Source of the DNA: an uncultured Thiomicrospira sp.
GTDB taxonomy: Bacteria; Pseudomonadota; Gammaproteobacteria; CAKMZV01
Assembly: GCA_965195345.1 (NCBI GenBank)
Contig: OZ239628.1
Location: 1,024,001 to 1,088,000, forward strand
Length of the DNA stretch: 64,000 nt
Direction of reading: 5' to 3'
Below the pieces are notes generated by a model. That model searched no databases and was not told the DNA's origin. It was given only the letters and a program-made list of their open reading frames with translations. The translations under genes and the position numbers were made by a program. Positions 39,728-49,902 of the stretch are shown piece after piece; position 1 is the first letter of the stretch, and the number at the start of each line of letters is the position of its first letter.

Positions 39728-40423
39728 TTAAAGTTGCCAATTGATCGGTTTAATGTTTTTAAGTTGCAGGTAGTTATTTGTTTTTGAAAAAGGGGAAGAA
39801 CCGAAAAAACCTCGCGATGCAGATAGAGGAGAGGGGTGCACATCTTTAATAACATAATGTTTTTGATCATCAATGATCGCCCCTTTTTTTTGAGCATATT
39901 TACCCCATAAAATAAAAACGATTTTGTCTCTAAGAACGTTTAATTTTCTAATGACATGATCAGTAAAATCTTCCCAGCCTCTATTTGCGTGGCAGCCTGC
40001 GTTGCTTTCCTCAACAGTTAGGATTGCGTTGAGTAGTAGCACTCCTTGTTTTGCCCAAGGTGTCAAATCGGTCTTTTGATTGTTTATATTTAAATCACTC
40101 TTTAATTCGGCAAAAATATTACGCAACGAAGGAGGCGTAGCATTACCCGATAAAACAGAGAAAGATAATCCATGTGCTTGATTTGGCTGATGATAAGGAT
40201 CTTGTCCAAGAATCACCACCTTTACTTGATTAAAGGGAGTTGTATTGAACGCATTGAACCATAGCTTTGGAGGGGGGTAGATATGAGCTCCTTGTTTGTG
40301 GCGTGCAAGCAAGTATTTTTTAAGATTTTGCATATTTTCGCCTTGCAAATATTCATCAATATGCGGGATCCAAGTTGGATCTAAATCAGTAGTGTTCACG
40401 GAGATAGTCGGGTAATTTTCCAA
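39728..40423 (-). CDS. ung: Uracil-DNA glycosylase
   Basis: ILGQDPYH, AHGLSFS, PPSLRNI, GVLLLN, HPSPLS. Confidence 0.97.
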   Translation of the reverse strand: MENYPTISVNTTDLDPTWIPHIDEYLQGENMQNLKKYLLARHKQGAHIYPPPKLWFNAFNTTPFNQVKVVILGQDPYHQPNQAHGLSFSVLSGNATPPSLRNIFAELKSDLNINNQKTDLTPWAKQGVLLLNAILTVEESNAGCHANRGWEDFTDHVIRKLNVLRDKIVFILWGKYAQKKGAIIDDQKHYVIKDVHPSPLSASRGFFGSSPFSKTNNYLQLKNIKPINWQL

Positions 40424-41031
40424 TCATGATCATTTTGAATGTAGCAAAAACGATCGTGTAAACGATTTTCACCTCCTTGCCAAAATTCCCAATAATACGG
40501 TTTTAATAGATAGCCTTGCCAGTGATCAGGGGTATCTATGGTTTTCCCCTCCCATTTGGAAAGAAGCTCGTGGGAACGAGTTTCAAGCATTTTACGTGAA
40601 GATATAGGCTGACTTTGATGAGACGTAAGCGAACTTATCTGTGCCTCGCGTGGGCGTGATTGAAAGTATTCATGACATTGTTTTCTATCAATTTCACGGA
40701 TATTTCCCTCAATTCGAATTTGACGTTCTAAAGGTTCCCAATAAAAGAGTACAGCCACTTGAGGGTTTTGTCTAAGCTGATTGGCTTTTCTACTACGGGC
40801 ATCCGTAAAGAAAATCAAATTTTCATTTTCAATTTTTTTTAGCAGTACAGTGCGCGAAGAAATGCGTGCGTTTTCATCACAGGTTGCAAGACTCATTGCA
40901 TTGAAATTATTAACTTCTTTTTGTGCCTCACTCAGCCATTCATGCAATTGAGCAAATGGATTACTGGATAAATTTTCCCTATGTAAATGTTCTCGTGTAA
41001 ATTCATGCCTAGTTCGATAATCAAAAGACAT
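40396..41031 (-). CDS. pdxH: Pyridoxine/pyridoxamine 5'-phosphate oxidase
   Basis: RTVLLK, SRKA, RQIRIEG, YFQSRPR..Q, EFWQG..NRLHDR, RLSP. Confidence 0.95.
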   Translation of the reverse strand: MSFDYRTRHEFTREHLHRENLSSNPFAQLHEWLSEAQKEVNNFNAMSLATCDENARISSRTVLLKKIENENLIFFTDARSRKANQLRQNPQVAVLFYWEPLERQIRIEGNIREIDRKQCHEYFQSRPREAQISSLTSHQSQPISSRKMLETRSHELLSKWEGKTIDTPDHWQGYLLKPYYWEFWQGGENRLHDRFCYIQNDHDWKITRLSP

Positions 41032-41039
41032 GTTACTAT

Positions 41040-42863
41040 TTATGTTTGTTGCCAGACTTTAATACGATCGAGTAGACCTTGCGCAGAAATGACACCAATA
41101 ACGCGCAGATTTTTTATTTCATTGCCGTGACTATCTAGGAAAATTAACGCTGGAGGACCAACGATTTTAAACTTTTTGAAAAATATTTTATCGGCAGATG
41201 AGTTATCTGTCACATCTACTTTATACGTTTTTTGTTTAGCAAGTTGTTGAATGACTTCGGTATTTTTAAAAGTAGTGACCTCAAGTTCCTTACATGAAAT
41301 ACACCACTTAGCGGATGCGAACAAAAGGGTTGGTCTACTGTTTTCAATATTGGTTGCAAGTGTAGATTTCAATGAATCACCAGTATATACGCTTGGAAAT
41401 AATTCCGGTTGTTGTTGAAAGGATGCGTTACCGTTATTATTTAAGCTCAACTTCTCTAAAGGCTGAAGAATTGAGCGACCACCGCTAGCAACTCCAATAA
41501 TTAAAATAATACCCATCAACAATAATATCCATGCTATTCCTTTCCAAAGAGCATACCATTTACGGTTATTGAGTTGCTCAAAGGCGCCCATATAAACAGC
41601 GCTAACGATAAATAACGATGCCCAAAGGAGCATGGTTATCCACACGGGTAATATGCGTTCTAATAAGAATAGAGAGAGCCCAAGCATCATGACACCAAAT
41701 ATCGCCTTAACGACATCCATCCATGCTCCAGCTTTAGGGAGGTATTTCCCAGCTGTTGTGCCGAATACTATGATTGGAACACCCATTCCCATACTTAATG
41801 AAAATAAAGCAAGCCCTCCAAGTACAGCGTCTCCCGTTTGCCCAATATAAAGCAATGCCCCAGCTAAAGGAGGTGCAACGCAAGGGCCGACAATCAAAGC
41901 CGAAATAATACCCATGATAATAACGCCAAGAAATGATCCTGTCTTTTGTTTGTTACTAATCGCATTTAATTTTGATTGGAGAGATGAGGGCAGTTGAATC
42001 TCATAGAAGCCAAACATTGACAATGCCAATAAAACGAAAAGTATTGCCATCAAGCCGAGTACGTAAGGATTCTGCAATGCAGCTTGTAAATTTTCACCGA
42101 ATAATCCTGCAAAAACACCTGCAATAGTATAAGTAAGGGCCATCGCTAATACGTAAACTAATGAAATAATGAATGCTCTTTTTGTGCTTATTGATGCCCC
42201 TTGTCCAATAACAATGCTTGACAGTATTGGAATCATAGGGAATACACACGGTGTAAGGGCTAACAAAAGCCCAGATATGAAGAATAGAATGAGTGTAGCC
42301 CAGATGCCTCCTTTTTCCAAAATGTTAAGAACATCATCTTGCTCGGAGACTATATTTGAGGTATTAGCAGTTATGGATGGGGCGGTTGGATCTACTGATT
42401 TTGAAACAGTATTTGCTGTTTTAGTCAGTTCGTATTCTTGCTTTTGAGGAGGATAGCATACTCCAATACTTGCGCACCCTTGGTATTGAATTGTTAATTT
42501 ACTCCCTTTTCTAAGCTCGGAAGCACTGATTAGGATGCTTATAGGCTTTAGGTAAACCTCAACGCTACCAAATAAAGGATCTTCTTTGATTTTCCCTTCA
42601 GGCAATACAACTTGTAATTGTTGTTCATCCGCCTTAAAGTTAAACTTATCTTTATATAGATAGTAACCATCTTGCACATCAAAGCTTACAACGCCGCTGC
42701 CATCAGCGATTCTTTTAAAATCGATTACAAATGCCTGTTCAGGGGCTAGGATATCTGTTTCGTCTGAAAATAGACCTTTGGTGAAATCCGCTTGTGTTAC
42801 AGAAACAACAGACAGCAACGCAAGTAGAAAAATTTTATTTAGGATGGACTTATTAAAAATCAT
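41040..42863 (-). CDS. dsbD: Thiol:disulfide interchange protein DsbD
   Basis: QGCASIGVCYPP, LTPCVFPMIPI, GPCVAPPL, thioredoxin WCISCK. Confidence 0.95.
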   Translation of the reverse strand: MIFNKSILNKIFLLALLSVVSVTQADFTKGLFSDETDILAPEQAFVIDFKRIADGSGVVSFDVQDGYYLYKDKFNFKADEQQLQVVLPEGKIKEDPLFGSVEVYLKPISILISASELRKGSKLTIQYQGCASIGVCYPPQKQEYELTKTANTVSKSVDPTAPSITANTSNIVSEQDDVLNILEKGGIWATLILFFISGLLLALTPCVFPMIPILSSIVIGQGASISTKRAFIISLVYVLAMALTYTIAGVFAGLFGENLQAALQNPYVLGLMAILFVLLALSMFGFYEIQLPSSLQSKLNAISNKQKTGSFLGVIIMGIISALIVGPCVAPPLAGALLYIGQTGDAVLGGLALFSLSMGMGVPIIVFGTTAGKYLPKAGAWMDVVKAIFGVMMLGLSLFLLERILPVWITMLLWASLFIVSAVYMGAFEQLNNRKWYALWKGIAWILLLMGIILIIGVASGGRSILQPLEKLSLNNNGNASFQQQPELFPSVYTGDSLKSTLATNIENSRPTLLFASAKWCISCKELEVTTFKNTEVIQQLAKQKTYKVDVTDNSSADKIFFKKFKIVGPPALIFLDSHGNEIKNLRVIGVISAQGLLDRIKVWQQT

Positions 42864-42940
42864 TGTTTTATTGTAGTTGATTTTTGAACTAAAAGCATGT
42901 TTAAAATATTTTTACTATATTCTGTTCAATTTAATCCTGT

Positions 42941-44119
42941 TCAATTTAGCCAAATAATTGGCACTTTATCACCTTTTTGTACGATGGTTTTCTCACCAAC
43001 CTCTGCTAAGGCATTAGCCCATGCTAATGCAGTTACGGCATTTGACTCTTGTTTTTCATGCATGGATGCGTGTAGTTTCCCATTTACATTGGACACTCTA
43101 ACACGCAAATATTCTAATCGTTCACCGGATTCAAAATTGAAATTGATATAAGCGTATTCTTTGTTCAAATTTTTAACTTCACCTTGCGCACTGTGCAGGA
43201 AAGGCTTTGCAAAGACGTTTAATGTTACCAATGCTGAAGCAGGGTTTCCAGGCAATCCAAAGTAAAAGCAATTTCCTAAATGTGCAAATATAAAAGGTCT
43301 CCCTGGTTTCATTTTTACTTTCCATGAAAATATTTCTGCCATATTTTCAATGGCAGGTCGCAAATAATCATGTTCTCCTACTGATACTCCCCCTGTAGAA
43401 ATGATAACATCAGAGCGTTTTGCCATTTTTTTAAGTACATCGGTTGTTTTATCGATATTGTCAGGGACTTTTTCGTAAGAAACTTCATAGCCCCAACTTT
43501 TCAATACTGAAGTGATAAGTGGAATATTTGAATTGTATATTTTCCCATTTGGTAAAGAGTTTCCTGGCTCTATAAGCTCATCTCCAGATGCCAAGAATGC
43601 GATGCTTAATCGTTTATAAACGCTAACTTTATCAATTCCTACAGAAGCAATAAGCCCAATGTGGCGAGGTGTTAATCGTGTACCTTTTTTAACAATACAA
43701 GCCCCTTGAAGCACATCGTATCCGCAATGGCGGATAAATTGTTGAGGTGCTGGTTTTTCATTGATATGAATTTTCTCATCCATTTTAGTGACGTATTCTT
43801 GCATCACTACGCAATCAGCACCTGCAGGAATTACTGCACCAGTAAAGATTCGAGCAACAGTATTAGTGGGCAGTTGTTTTTGAGCTTCCCCTGCGGCACA
43901 TGATATGGATACATCGAAATATTTTTCTTTCAACCAATCGGCACTGTTTAATGCGTAGCCGTCCATTTGTGCATTTTCAAAAGGAGGAGAGTGTGTGGGG
44001 CTGAGGATGTCTTCAGCAACGATGCGAGAGCAACATTGTAAGAGTGTAATTTGTTCTTGCTTGGGCACAGAAGGAACGCAAGCCATTAACTTCTCAAGTG
44101 TTTTTGTTACGCTTAGCAT
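42941..44119 (-). CDS. moeA: Molybdopterin molybdenumtransferase
   Basis: PPF.N..MDGYA, IFTGA.IP.GAD.VVMQE, GGVSVGEHD, KPGRP, GLPGNP. Confidence 0.95.
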   Translation of the reverse strand: MLSVTKTLEKLMACVPSVPKQEQITLLQCCSRIVAEDILSPTHSPPFENAQMDGYALNSADWLKEKYFDVSISCAAGEAQKQLPTNTVARIFTGAVIPAGADCVVMQEYVTKMDEKIHINEKPAPQQFIRHCGYDVLQGACIVKKGTRLTPRHIGLIASVGIDKVSVYKRLSIAFLASGDELIEPGNSLPNGKIYNSNIPLITSVLKSWGYEVSYEKVPDNIDKTTDVLKKMAKRSDVIISTGGVSVGEHDYLRPAIENMAEIFSWKVKMKPGRPFIFAHLGNCFYFGLPGNPASALVTLNVFAKPFLHSAQGEVKNLNKEYAYINFNFESGERLEYLRVRVSNVNGKLHASMHEKQESNAVTALAWANALAEVGEKTIVQKGDKVPIIWLN

Positions 44120-44131
44120 AACTTTCAGTGT

Positions 44132-44374
44132 TTATCCGCCAGTAACGGGTGGGAATAAAGCAATTTCGCTATTGGTGCGAACTTTTGAATGGATATTGGC
44201 GATGTTGTGATCGACTGCAAAACAAATTTTTTCATTGGCAATTTTAGAAAAACCTGGTTGGTTTTCTAATAGCCAATCAACGATTTGAGAAACATTCTCA
44301 TACGGCTCTTCTATAGAAACCTCTGAGCAATCCAATCGTTCACGAAAACTAGCAAAAAACTTGACGTGTGGCAT
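44132..44374 (-). CDS. moaD: Molybdopterin synthase sulfur carrier subunit
   Basis: VKFFASFRE start, EIALFPPVTGG C-terminus. Confidence 0.93.
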   Translation of the reverse strand: MPHVKFFASFRERLDCSEVSIEEPYENVSQIVDWLLENQPGFSKIANEKICFAVDHNIANIHSKVRTNSEIALFPPVTGG

Positions 44375-44377
44375 TAA

Positions 44378-45394
44378 TCATCCTCCTAAAGAAACCATCT
44401 GGCGAAACTCAATGTTGTGTACGTTTTCATTGAAAAAGTGACGTTCTGGTTTTTTCTTAATTGCATTGATAATAACTTTTTTCATCTCATCTTTTGAAAC
44501 GTTAGAACGGACAATCTCACGCAAATCAACACTGTCTTTTTGTCCAAGACATAGCGCAAGAACTCCTCGCGAAGTTAAACGCACTCGATTACAAGATGCA
44601 CAAAAGTGTTGAGAAACAGCAGAAATAACACCTACCTGATTATTTGAAGTGCCAACTTGATATTGCCGAGCTGGTCCACCACCTGTATTTTTTGATGTTG
44701 GAATAAGTTTGGAATTTGTATGCTTTTCTAATCGTTTGATGATATTTTCTGTTGGGTAGTGTTTTTCCATCAAGGCAATACCCGAAGAACCAATAGGCAT
44801 AATTTCAATGAAGCGAAGAATCAGGTTCTCTGCAATCGCCCAATCAAACATGGACTCAATTTCATCATCATTGACTCCTTTCATTACGACGCAATTGATT
44901 TTCACTGGAGAAAGTCCTGCATCTTTAGCTGCTTTTATTCCTCTAAGAACTTTAGTAAGATCGCCACCTTGAGTGATATTATTGAATTTTTCATTTTGCA
45001 AAGAGTCTAAGGAGACGTTTACTCTTTTTAGTCCTGCCGCAGCTAATGCATTGGCTTGTTGAGGAAGACGATGTGCATTGGTCGAGAGAGAAATATCCTC
45101 CAATCCGTCGATATTTGCTAATTGAGCAATGAGTTCATTGCAGTTTTTGCGCACTAATGGTTCGCCACCTGTGATGCGCACTCTTTTTAATCCAAGTTGT
45201 GCGAAGCAATCTACTATGAATGTCATTTCTTCAAAGCTAAGGTATTCGCTATGATGACCTTCTGGGTGATATCCGCGCGGAGGCATGCAATAGTTACAAC
45301 GATAGTTGCAACGATCGGTTACAGAAAGTCGTAAGTAATTGATTACCCTATTAAAAGGATCGACCAGCTGTGGTTGTTCAATGCGGTTGTGCAT
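44378..45394 (-). CDS. moaA: GTP 3',8-cyclase
   Basis: YLRLSVTDRCNYRCNYC, FCASCNRVRLT, C-terminal GG. Confidence 0.97.
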   Translation of the reverse strand: MHNRIEQPQLVDPFNRVINYLRLSVTDRCNYRCNYCMPPRGYHPEGHHSEYLSFEEMTFIVDCFAQLGLKRVRITGGEPLVRKNCNELIAQLANIDGLEDISLSTNAHRLPQQANALAAAGLKRVNVSLDSLQNEKFNNITQGGDLTKVLRGIKAAKDAGLSPVKINCVVMKGVNDDEIESMFDWAIAENLILRFIEIMPIGSSGIALMEKHYPTENIIKRLEKHTNSKLIPTSKNTGGGPARQYQVGTSNNQVGVISAVSQHFCASCNRVRLTSRGVLALCLGQKDSVDLREIVRSNVSKDEMKKVIINAIKKKPERHFFNENVHNIEFRQMVSLGG

Positions 45395-45483
45395 TTTCTA
45401 AATTATATACTAAAATGCAAGTCTCTAAACGTTTACCGCGAGGAACTTTGAGTACCAATAAATTTTCTTTTCTGTTAATAAAA

Positions 45484-47547
45484 TTATGACTGCTTTTTGG
45501 GGATGGGCTGTTTGATCAATGCGTCAACAGCAACGACTCCATTTCCTTCTGATAGTACTAATAGAGGGTTAATGTCTAACTCAAATATAGGATGACAATC
45601 AACGTGTTCAGTGATTTTTGTGATTGCACACACCAGTGCTTCAATGTCGCCTTTAGGTCGATTTCTATAACCAGAAAGCATAGGAAAACACTGCAATGAC
45701 TCTATGGCTTTCTTAATATCCTCTTTATTAGTAGGAAGAAGAAGAGTGCGTGTATCTTGCAATAGCTCGACAAAAACCCCACCAAAACCAATGACCAGCA
45801 CCTGACCAAACAGTTGATCATGTTTAATGCCAACAATCATTTCTGCCACAGCCGATGTAATCATTTTTTCAAGCAAGAAAACATCACTTAATGCGGTCAT
45901 TTCTTCAACAGCTGTATTAAGTTGATTGGCGTTTAATATGTTTAGGCGAACTCCTCCATAATCACTTTTGTGCCCAATTTTATCAGAGTGTATTTTCAGT
46001 ACTACGGGATAGCCACTTTTCTCAGCAAAAAACACAGCATTTTTTGAGGTACATACGTATGAATTAGGCGTCGTTAAGCCAGCATCCTTAAGCCATTTTT
46101 TACTGTCAAATTCATTAAGTTGTACACTTCTAAGATCGTCTAAATAATGCTGTTTAATAAGAAAAGGCTTGTTGGAAACATGAGAGATTTTAGTGGCTAT
46201 ATTGACTGAGTGAGCAATGGCTTTAAGTCCGTCATTTAAGCCTTGTAAAGGGGTGATTCTTGCATGAATCAAACGATCACGAACTGTTTCTGGTAGTGAC
46301 TCAGGCAGCGTTGAAATAACAACGACTGAGGTATGACTTGACTCCTTTGCGGAAATTAAAGCGCGTTCGGTTACCTCCCAAGAAATGATTGAACGATCGT
46401 CAATGTTTGGGTAGTCAATAACTAAAGCTACGCAGTCATAGCCATCGTCAAGGACAGCCTTAAAACACTGTTTCTGTTTCTCAAAGTCCCCCCAAATATA
46501 AGTATGATAATCCAAAGGATTGCTTATGTGGACATTTTCACCAAGTATTTCAGAGAGTTTTCGCTGACTTTCATTTGAAGGAAAGGGCATAGATAAGCTT
46601 GACTCAGATACCGCGTCAGCAACTAAAGCAGCTTCGCCACCCGAGCAACTGAGTGACATAAACTTATTGCCTCGAATAGGGTGACTTAAAGCCAATAATT
46701 TAAGCGTCTCCATGAATTCGGTCAGTGAATCAATGCAGATAATTCCTATGCGTTCAAACATTGCCGTGTAAAGGCGGTGTTCACCAGCAAAAGAGCTGGT
46801 GTGACTAAGCGTGAGATTGCTACCTGATTCGGATTTTCCTGATTTAATAACAATTATTGGTATGTTTTTCTCAAAAGCGATATGGCAAGTCTGTATAAAG
46901 GCATTAACGTTAGTAATGGCTTCAATATATAACCCTATAGCAGTAACTCGTGCATCGTCTAACAATGTGATGATTAGATGGTGTGCGTCGATAACAGCAC
47001 GGTTTCCTATAGTAATTAGATGGCTAATAGGCGTGCTTCGATCGTTGAAGGACAATGATAGCGCAATATTTCCGCTTTGCATTATGACAGCAGCTCCTCT
47101 ATCAACGCGTTTCAAACCATGAAGATCTGGCCAAAGCGCTACGCCATCAAGATAGTTTAAAAAGCCATAACAATTGGGACCAATGGTCGCAAAATTAGAA
47201 GAGGCTGAGACGAGTCTATTTTGCATTGCTTGCCCGTGTGGGCTATGCTCAGCAAAGCCTGATGTATAGCACACTGCGCCGCCTGCTCCCATATCACTCA
47301 GTGCTTGAATATCATTTATTGCAGATTCGGGTGGAATGGCGATAAACGCAGCATCTGGGATGCTGGGTAGTTGAGTGACGCTTGAAAAGCATTTGATTCC
47401 TGCAAGAGAGTCTCTTTGAGGATTTACGGCCCATATTTTTCCAGAAAAACCTAATTTAAGGCACTGTTCTATAACCTTCTCTCCCTCCGTTCCTCCAATA
47501 ACTACAATGCTTCGAGGATTAAGAAGGCGCTTTAAATTTTCGATCAT
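45484..47547 (-). CDS. ADP-forming acyl-CoA synthetase (acetate-CoA ligase family, fused alpha-beta)
   Basis: CoA-binding domain, GPNCYG, QSGN, SHT, SGGEA, NPLDYH, HKSD.GGV, LDINPL, VAVDA. Confidence 0.88.
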   Translation of the reverse strand: MIENLKRLLNPRSIVVIGGTEGEKVIEQCLKLGFSGKIWAVNPQRDSLAGIKCFSSVTQLPSIPDAAFIAIPPESAINDIQALSDMGAGGAVCYTSGFAEHSPHGQAMQNRLVSASSNFATIGPNCYGFLNYLDGVALWPDLHGLKRVDRGAAVIMQSGNIALSLSFNDRSTPISHLITIGNRAVIDAHHLIITLLDDARVTAIGLYIEAITNVNAFIQTCHIAFEKNIPIIVIKSGKSESGSNLTLSHTSSFAGEHRLYTAMFERIGIICIDSLTEFMETLKLLALSHPIRGNKFMSLSCSGGEAALVADAVSESSLSMPFPSNESQRKLSEILGENVHISNPLDYHTYIWGDFEKQKQCFKAVLDDGYDCVALVIDYPNIDDRSIISWEVTERALISAKESSHTSVVVISTLPESLPETVRDRLIHARITPLQGLNDGLKAIAHSVNIATKISHVSNKPFLIKQHYLDDLRSVQLNEFDSKKWLKDAGLTTPNSYVCTSKNAVFFAEKSGYPVVLKIHSDKIGHKSDYGGVRLNILNANQLNTAVEEMTALSDVFLLEKMITSAVAEMIVGIKHDQLFGQVLVIGFGGVFVELLQDTRTLLLPTNKEDIKKAIESLQCFPMLSGYRNRPKGDIEALVCAITKITEHVDCHPIFELDINPLLVLSEGNGVVAVDALIKQPIPKKQS

Positions 47548-47571
47548 TAAAGGGACAATTTTAAAGGAACG

Positions 47572-48354
47572 TTATCGTCCTTTCCAAACGGGAGGGCGCT
47601 TTTCTGCAAATGCACGTGATCCTTCTATCTGATCTTCACTGCTGTAGAGCTTTTTGACCGTTGCGTATTCTTCTTTTGCAATGCGGGTGATAACTTCGTC
47701 AAAATTTTTGTTCTCACTATCGCGTACCACTTCTTTAATAGCAGCATAAACTAATGGCGGACCTTCAGCCAATAAACGTGCCATTTTCCAGCTTTCTTGC
47801 ATTAAATTCTCAAATTTAACAATATGATTAACTAAGCCCCAGCGATGCGCTTCTTCTGCGTCTATCCATCGACCTGTTAGCAGCATTTCTATTGCTATGT
47901 GCCAAGGGATGCGTTTAGGTAATTTGATTGAAGCAGCATCGGCCAAAGTTCCTGAATTGATCTCGGGAAGGGCAAAGGTTGCAGTGTTTGAGGCAATTAT
48001 GATGTCAGCGCTGATAGCTATTTCTAATCCACCACCACAACATATGCCATTCACTGCTGCAATAATAGGCTTGTTTAAATTTGGCAATTCTTGCATCCCA
48101 CCAAAACCACCAATGCCATAATCGCCTTGCACTGGGTCTCCTGCTGCCGCTGCTTTTAAGTCCCATCCTGCGCAGAAAAATTTCTCACCAGAGCCCGTTA
48201 AAATTGCAACACGCAATTTAGGATCATCACGGAATGAGGCAAAAACCTCTCCCATTTTTCGACTAACAGCGTTGCTAATAGCATTTGCTTTCGGATTGTC
48301 TATAGTGACTTCAAGTATAGAGCCATCTACTCTGGTTTTAATAATATTATGCAT
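47572..48354 (-). CDS. caiD: Carnitinyl-CoA dehydratase-like crotonase
   Basis: PKANAI...SRKMGEVF..FRDDP.LRVAILTG.GEKFF.AGWDLKAAA, CaiD-like signature; AFAEKRPPVWKGR. Confidence 0.8.
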   Translation of the reverse strand: MHNIIKTRVDGSILEVTIDNPKANAISNAVSRKMGEVFASFRDDPKLRVAILTGSGEKFFCAGWDLKAAAAGDPVQGDYGIGGFGGMQELPNLNKPIIAAVNGICCGGGLEIAISADIIIASNTATFALPEINSGTLADAASIKLPKRIPWHIAIEMLLTGRWIDAEEAHRWGLVNHIVKFENLMQESWKMARLLAEGPPLVYAAIKEVVRDSENKNFDEVITRIAKEEYATVKKLYSSEDQIEGSRAFAEKRPPVWKGR

Positions 48355-48362
48355 AGCGTTTC

Positions 48363-49544
48363 TCAATTATTGGAATTTTTCTGACGTTCTTCAAAAGGTC
48401 TTAATAATTCGCGACTTATTATATGGCGTTGAATTTCAGAGGTGCCATCCCAAATACGTTCCACTCGTGCATCTCTCCAAAACCGTTCAAATGGCAAATC
48501 AGACATTAATCCCATGCCGCCATGAATTTGAATTGCTTCATCGGTTACTTTAGCTAACATTTCAGTAGCAAACAGTTTTGCACTTGAGATTTCACGGTTC
48601 GCATACTTTCCTTGATCTAATAGGGAAGCGGCACTGAGTGTTAGTAAGTCGGCAGCATCAATTTGAGTTATCATATCAGCCAACTTGAAAGAAACTCCTT
48701 GAAATTTTCCTATCGATTGCCCAAACTGTTTTCTCTCAATGCAATATGGTAGAGTTTCTTCTAAACAGCGTCTTGCTCGACCTACACAACTTGCAGCTAC
48801 AGATAGCCTTGTTGATTCAAGCCACTTATTTGCAATATCAAATCCCTTATGCACTTCCCCCAAAACTTGCGATTTGGGTAAGCGGCATTGTTCAAAGCGC
48901 AAAATGCTATTGTTGTAGCCTCTGTGTGATATTGATTGGTAACCGGGCAATATTTCGAAACCTTTGGTATTACGGTCAACTAAAAAGCAAGTAATGCGTT
49001 TTTTTAAGCCACGTGTACTCTCTTCTTCACCACTGGCGACAAATACAATCACAAAGTCTGCAATATCGGCATGGCTTATGAAATGTTTACTGCCATTGAT
49101 AATCCAGTCATCTCCACAAGCTTTCGCCGTACAACGCATACCACGCACATCGGACCCTGCATCTGGTTCAGTCATTGCGAGGGCATCAAATTTTTTTCCA
49201 GTAATCGCAGGATATAGGTATTTTTCGCGCTGCTCTTCATTACAAGCCATAAGGATGCCGGATGGGCGACCAAAAAAAATGCTTAACGCCATTGAAGTTC
49301 GACCTAATTCACGCTCAACCAAAGTAGATTCAAGGTGATTTAGTCCACCGCCTCCAATTTCTTCAGGCATGTTCGATGCAAAAAAGCCTAAATCACGGAC
49401 TTTTTTAACAAGAGTGGCTCCTAACTCTTTAGGGACAACCCCTGTACGCTCAATTTCCTTCTCGTGTGGAATCATTTCTTGTTCGCAGAATTTTCGTACA
49501 GTATCTACGATTAAAAATTGCTCTTCATTGAGGGTAAATTGCAT
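48363..49544 (-). CDS. Acyl-CoA dehydrogenase
   Basis: AMTEPDAGSD, NGSKHFIS, RKQFG..IG.FQ, QIHGGMG, RIWDGTSEIQR. Confidence 0.93.
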   Translation of the reverse strand: MQFTLNEEQFLIVDTVRKFCEQEMIPHEKEIERTGVVPKELGATLVKKVRDLGFFASNMPEEIGGGGLNHLESTLVERELGRTSMALSIFFGRPSGILMACNEEQREKYLYPAITGKKFDALAMTEPDAGSDVRGMRCTAKACGDDWIINGSKHFISHADIADFVIVFVASGEEESTRGLKKRITCFLVDRNTKGFEILPGYQSISHRGYNNSILRFEQCRLPKSQVLGEVHKGFDIANKWLESTRLSVAASCVGRARRCLEETLPYCIERKQFGQSIGKFQGVSFKLADMITQIDAADLLTLSAASLLDQGKYANREISSAKLFATEMLAKVTDEAIQIHGGMGLMSDLPFERFWRDARVERIWDGTSEIQRHIISRELLRPFEERQKNSNN

Positions 49545-49570
49545 GGTATTAAACAGTTAACGATCGATAA

Positions 49571-49894
49571 TTAATTTGAAGTGATGAGGTATAGAGTAAG
49601 TGAAGCAGTGAGAAAAATAGCAGCAATTAACCATACCGGTTGTTTTTGTTTTTTTGGATTTGAAATAGAGGCGTCTGTATCAGCACTGTTGTTGTCATAT
49701 TCGAGTAGCAACGGCAGAGCTTTTTGGTAGTTTTCCTCATCGACATAAACACGAGCAAAGTCCATGCTCGCTAATTCTCCAATTCCTCCTTGAAGGTATT
49801 GCCCGCTGACATGACAATTTATGCCGTCGGCTTCAAGCATACCCGAGACAATGTATGCTTCGGTTATATTATTTGCACGGTACACTTCTTTCAA
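49571..49894 (-). CDS. DUF2007 domain (PII-like) protein with C-terminal membrane anchor
   Basis: VYRANNITEAYIVSGML...GI..., G.YLQGGIGEL, V.V.EE; TTG start with SD GGAG. Confidence 0.8.
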   Translation of the reverse strand: MKEVYRANNITEAYIVSGMLEADGINCHVSGQYLQGGIGELASMDFARVYVDEENYQKALPLLLEYDNNSADTDASISNPKKQKQPVWLIAAIFLTASLTLYLITSN

Positions 49895-49902
49895 AAGAAC
49901 TC

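Noticed and set aside
39706-39897. N-terminal extension of the FGE-domain ORF overlapping ung
   Set aside because: SD and signal peptide support ATG 39705. Similar spurious extensions were trimmed for the LolA-like gene, ABC ATPase, bamE, greA and rhodanese.
45395-45483. Moco riboswitch upstream of moaA
   Set aside because: Only 89 bp, AT-rich, no multi-stem structure.
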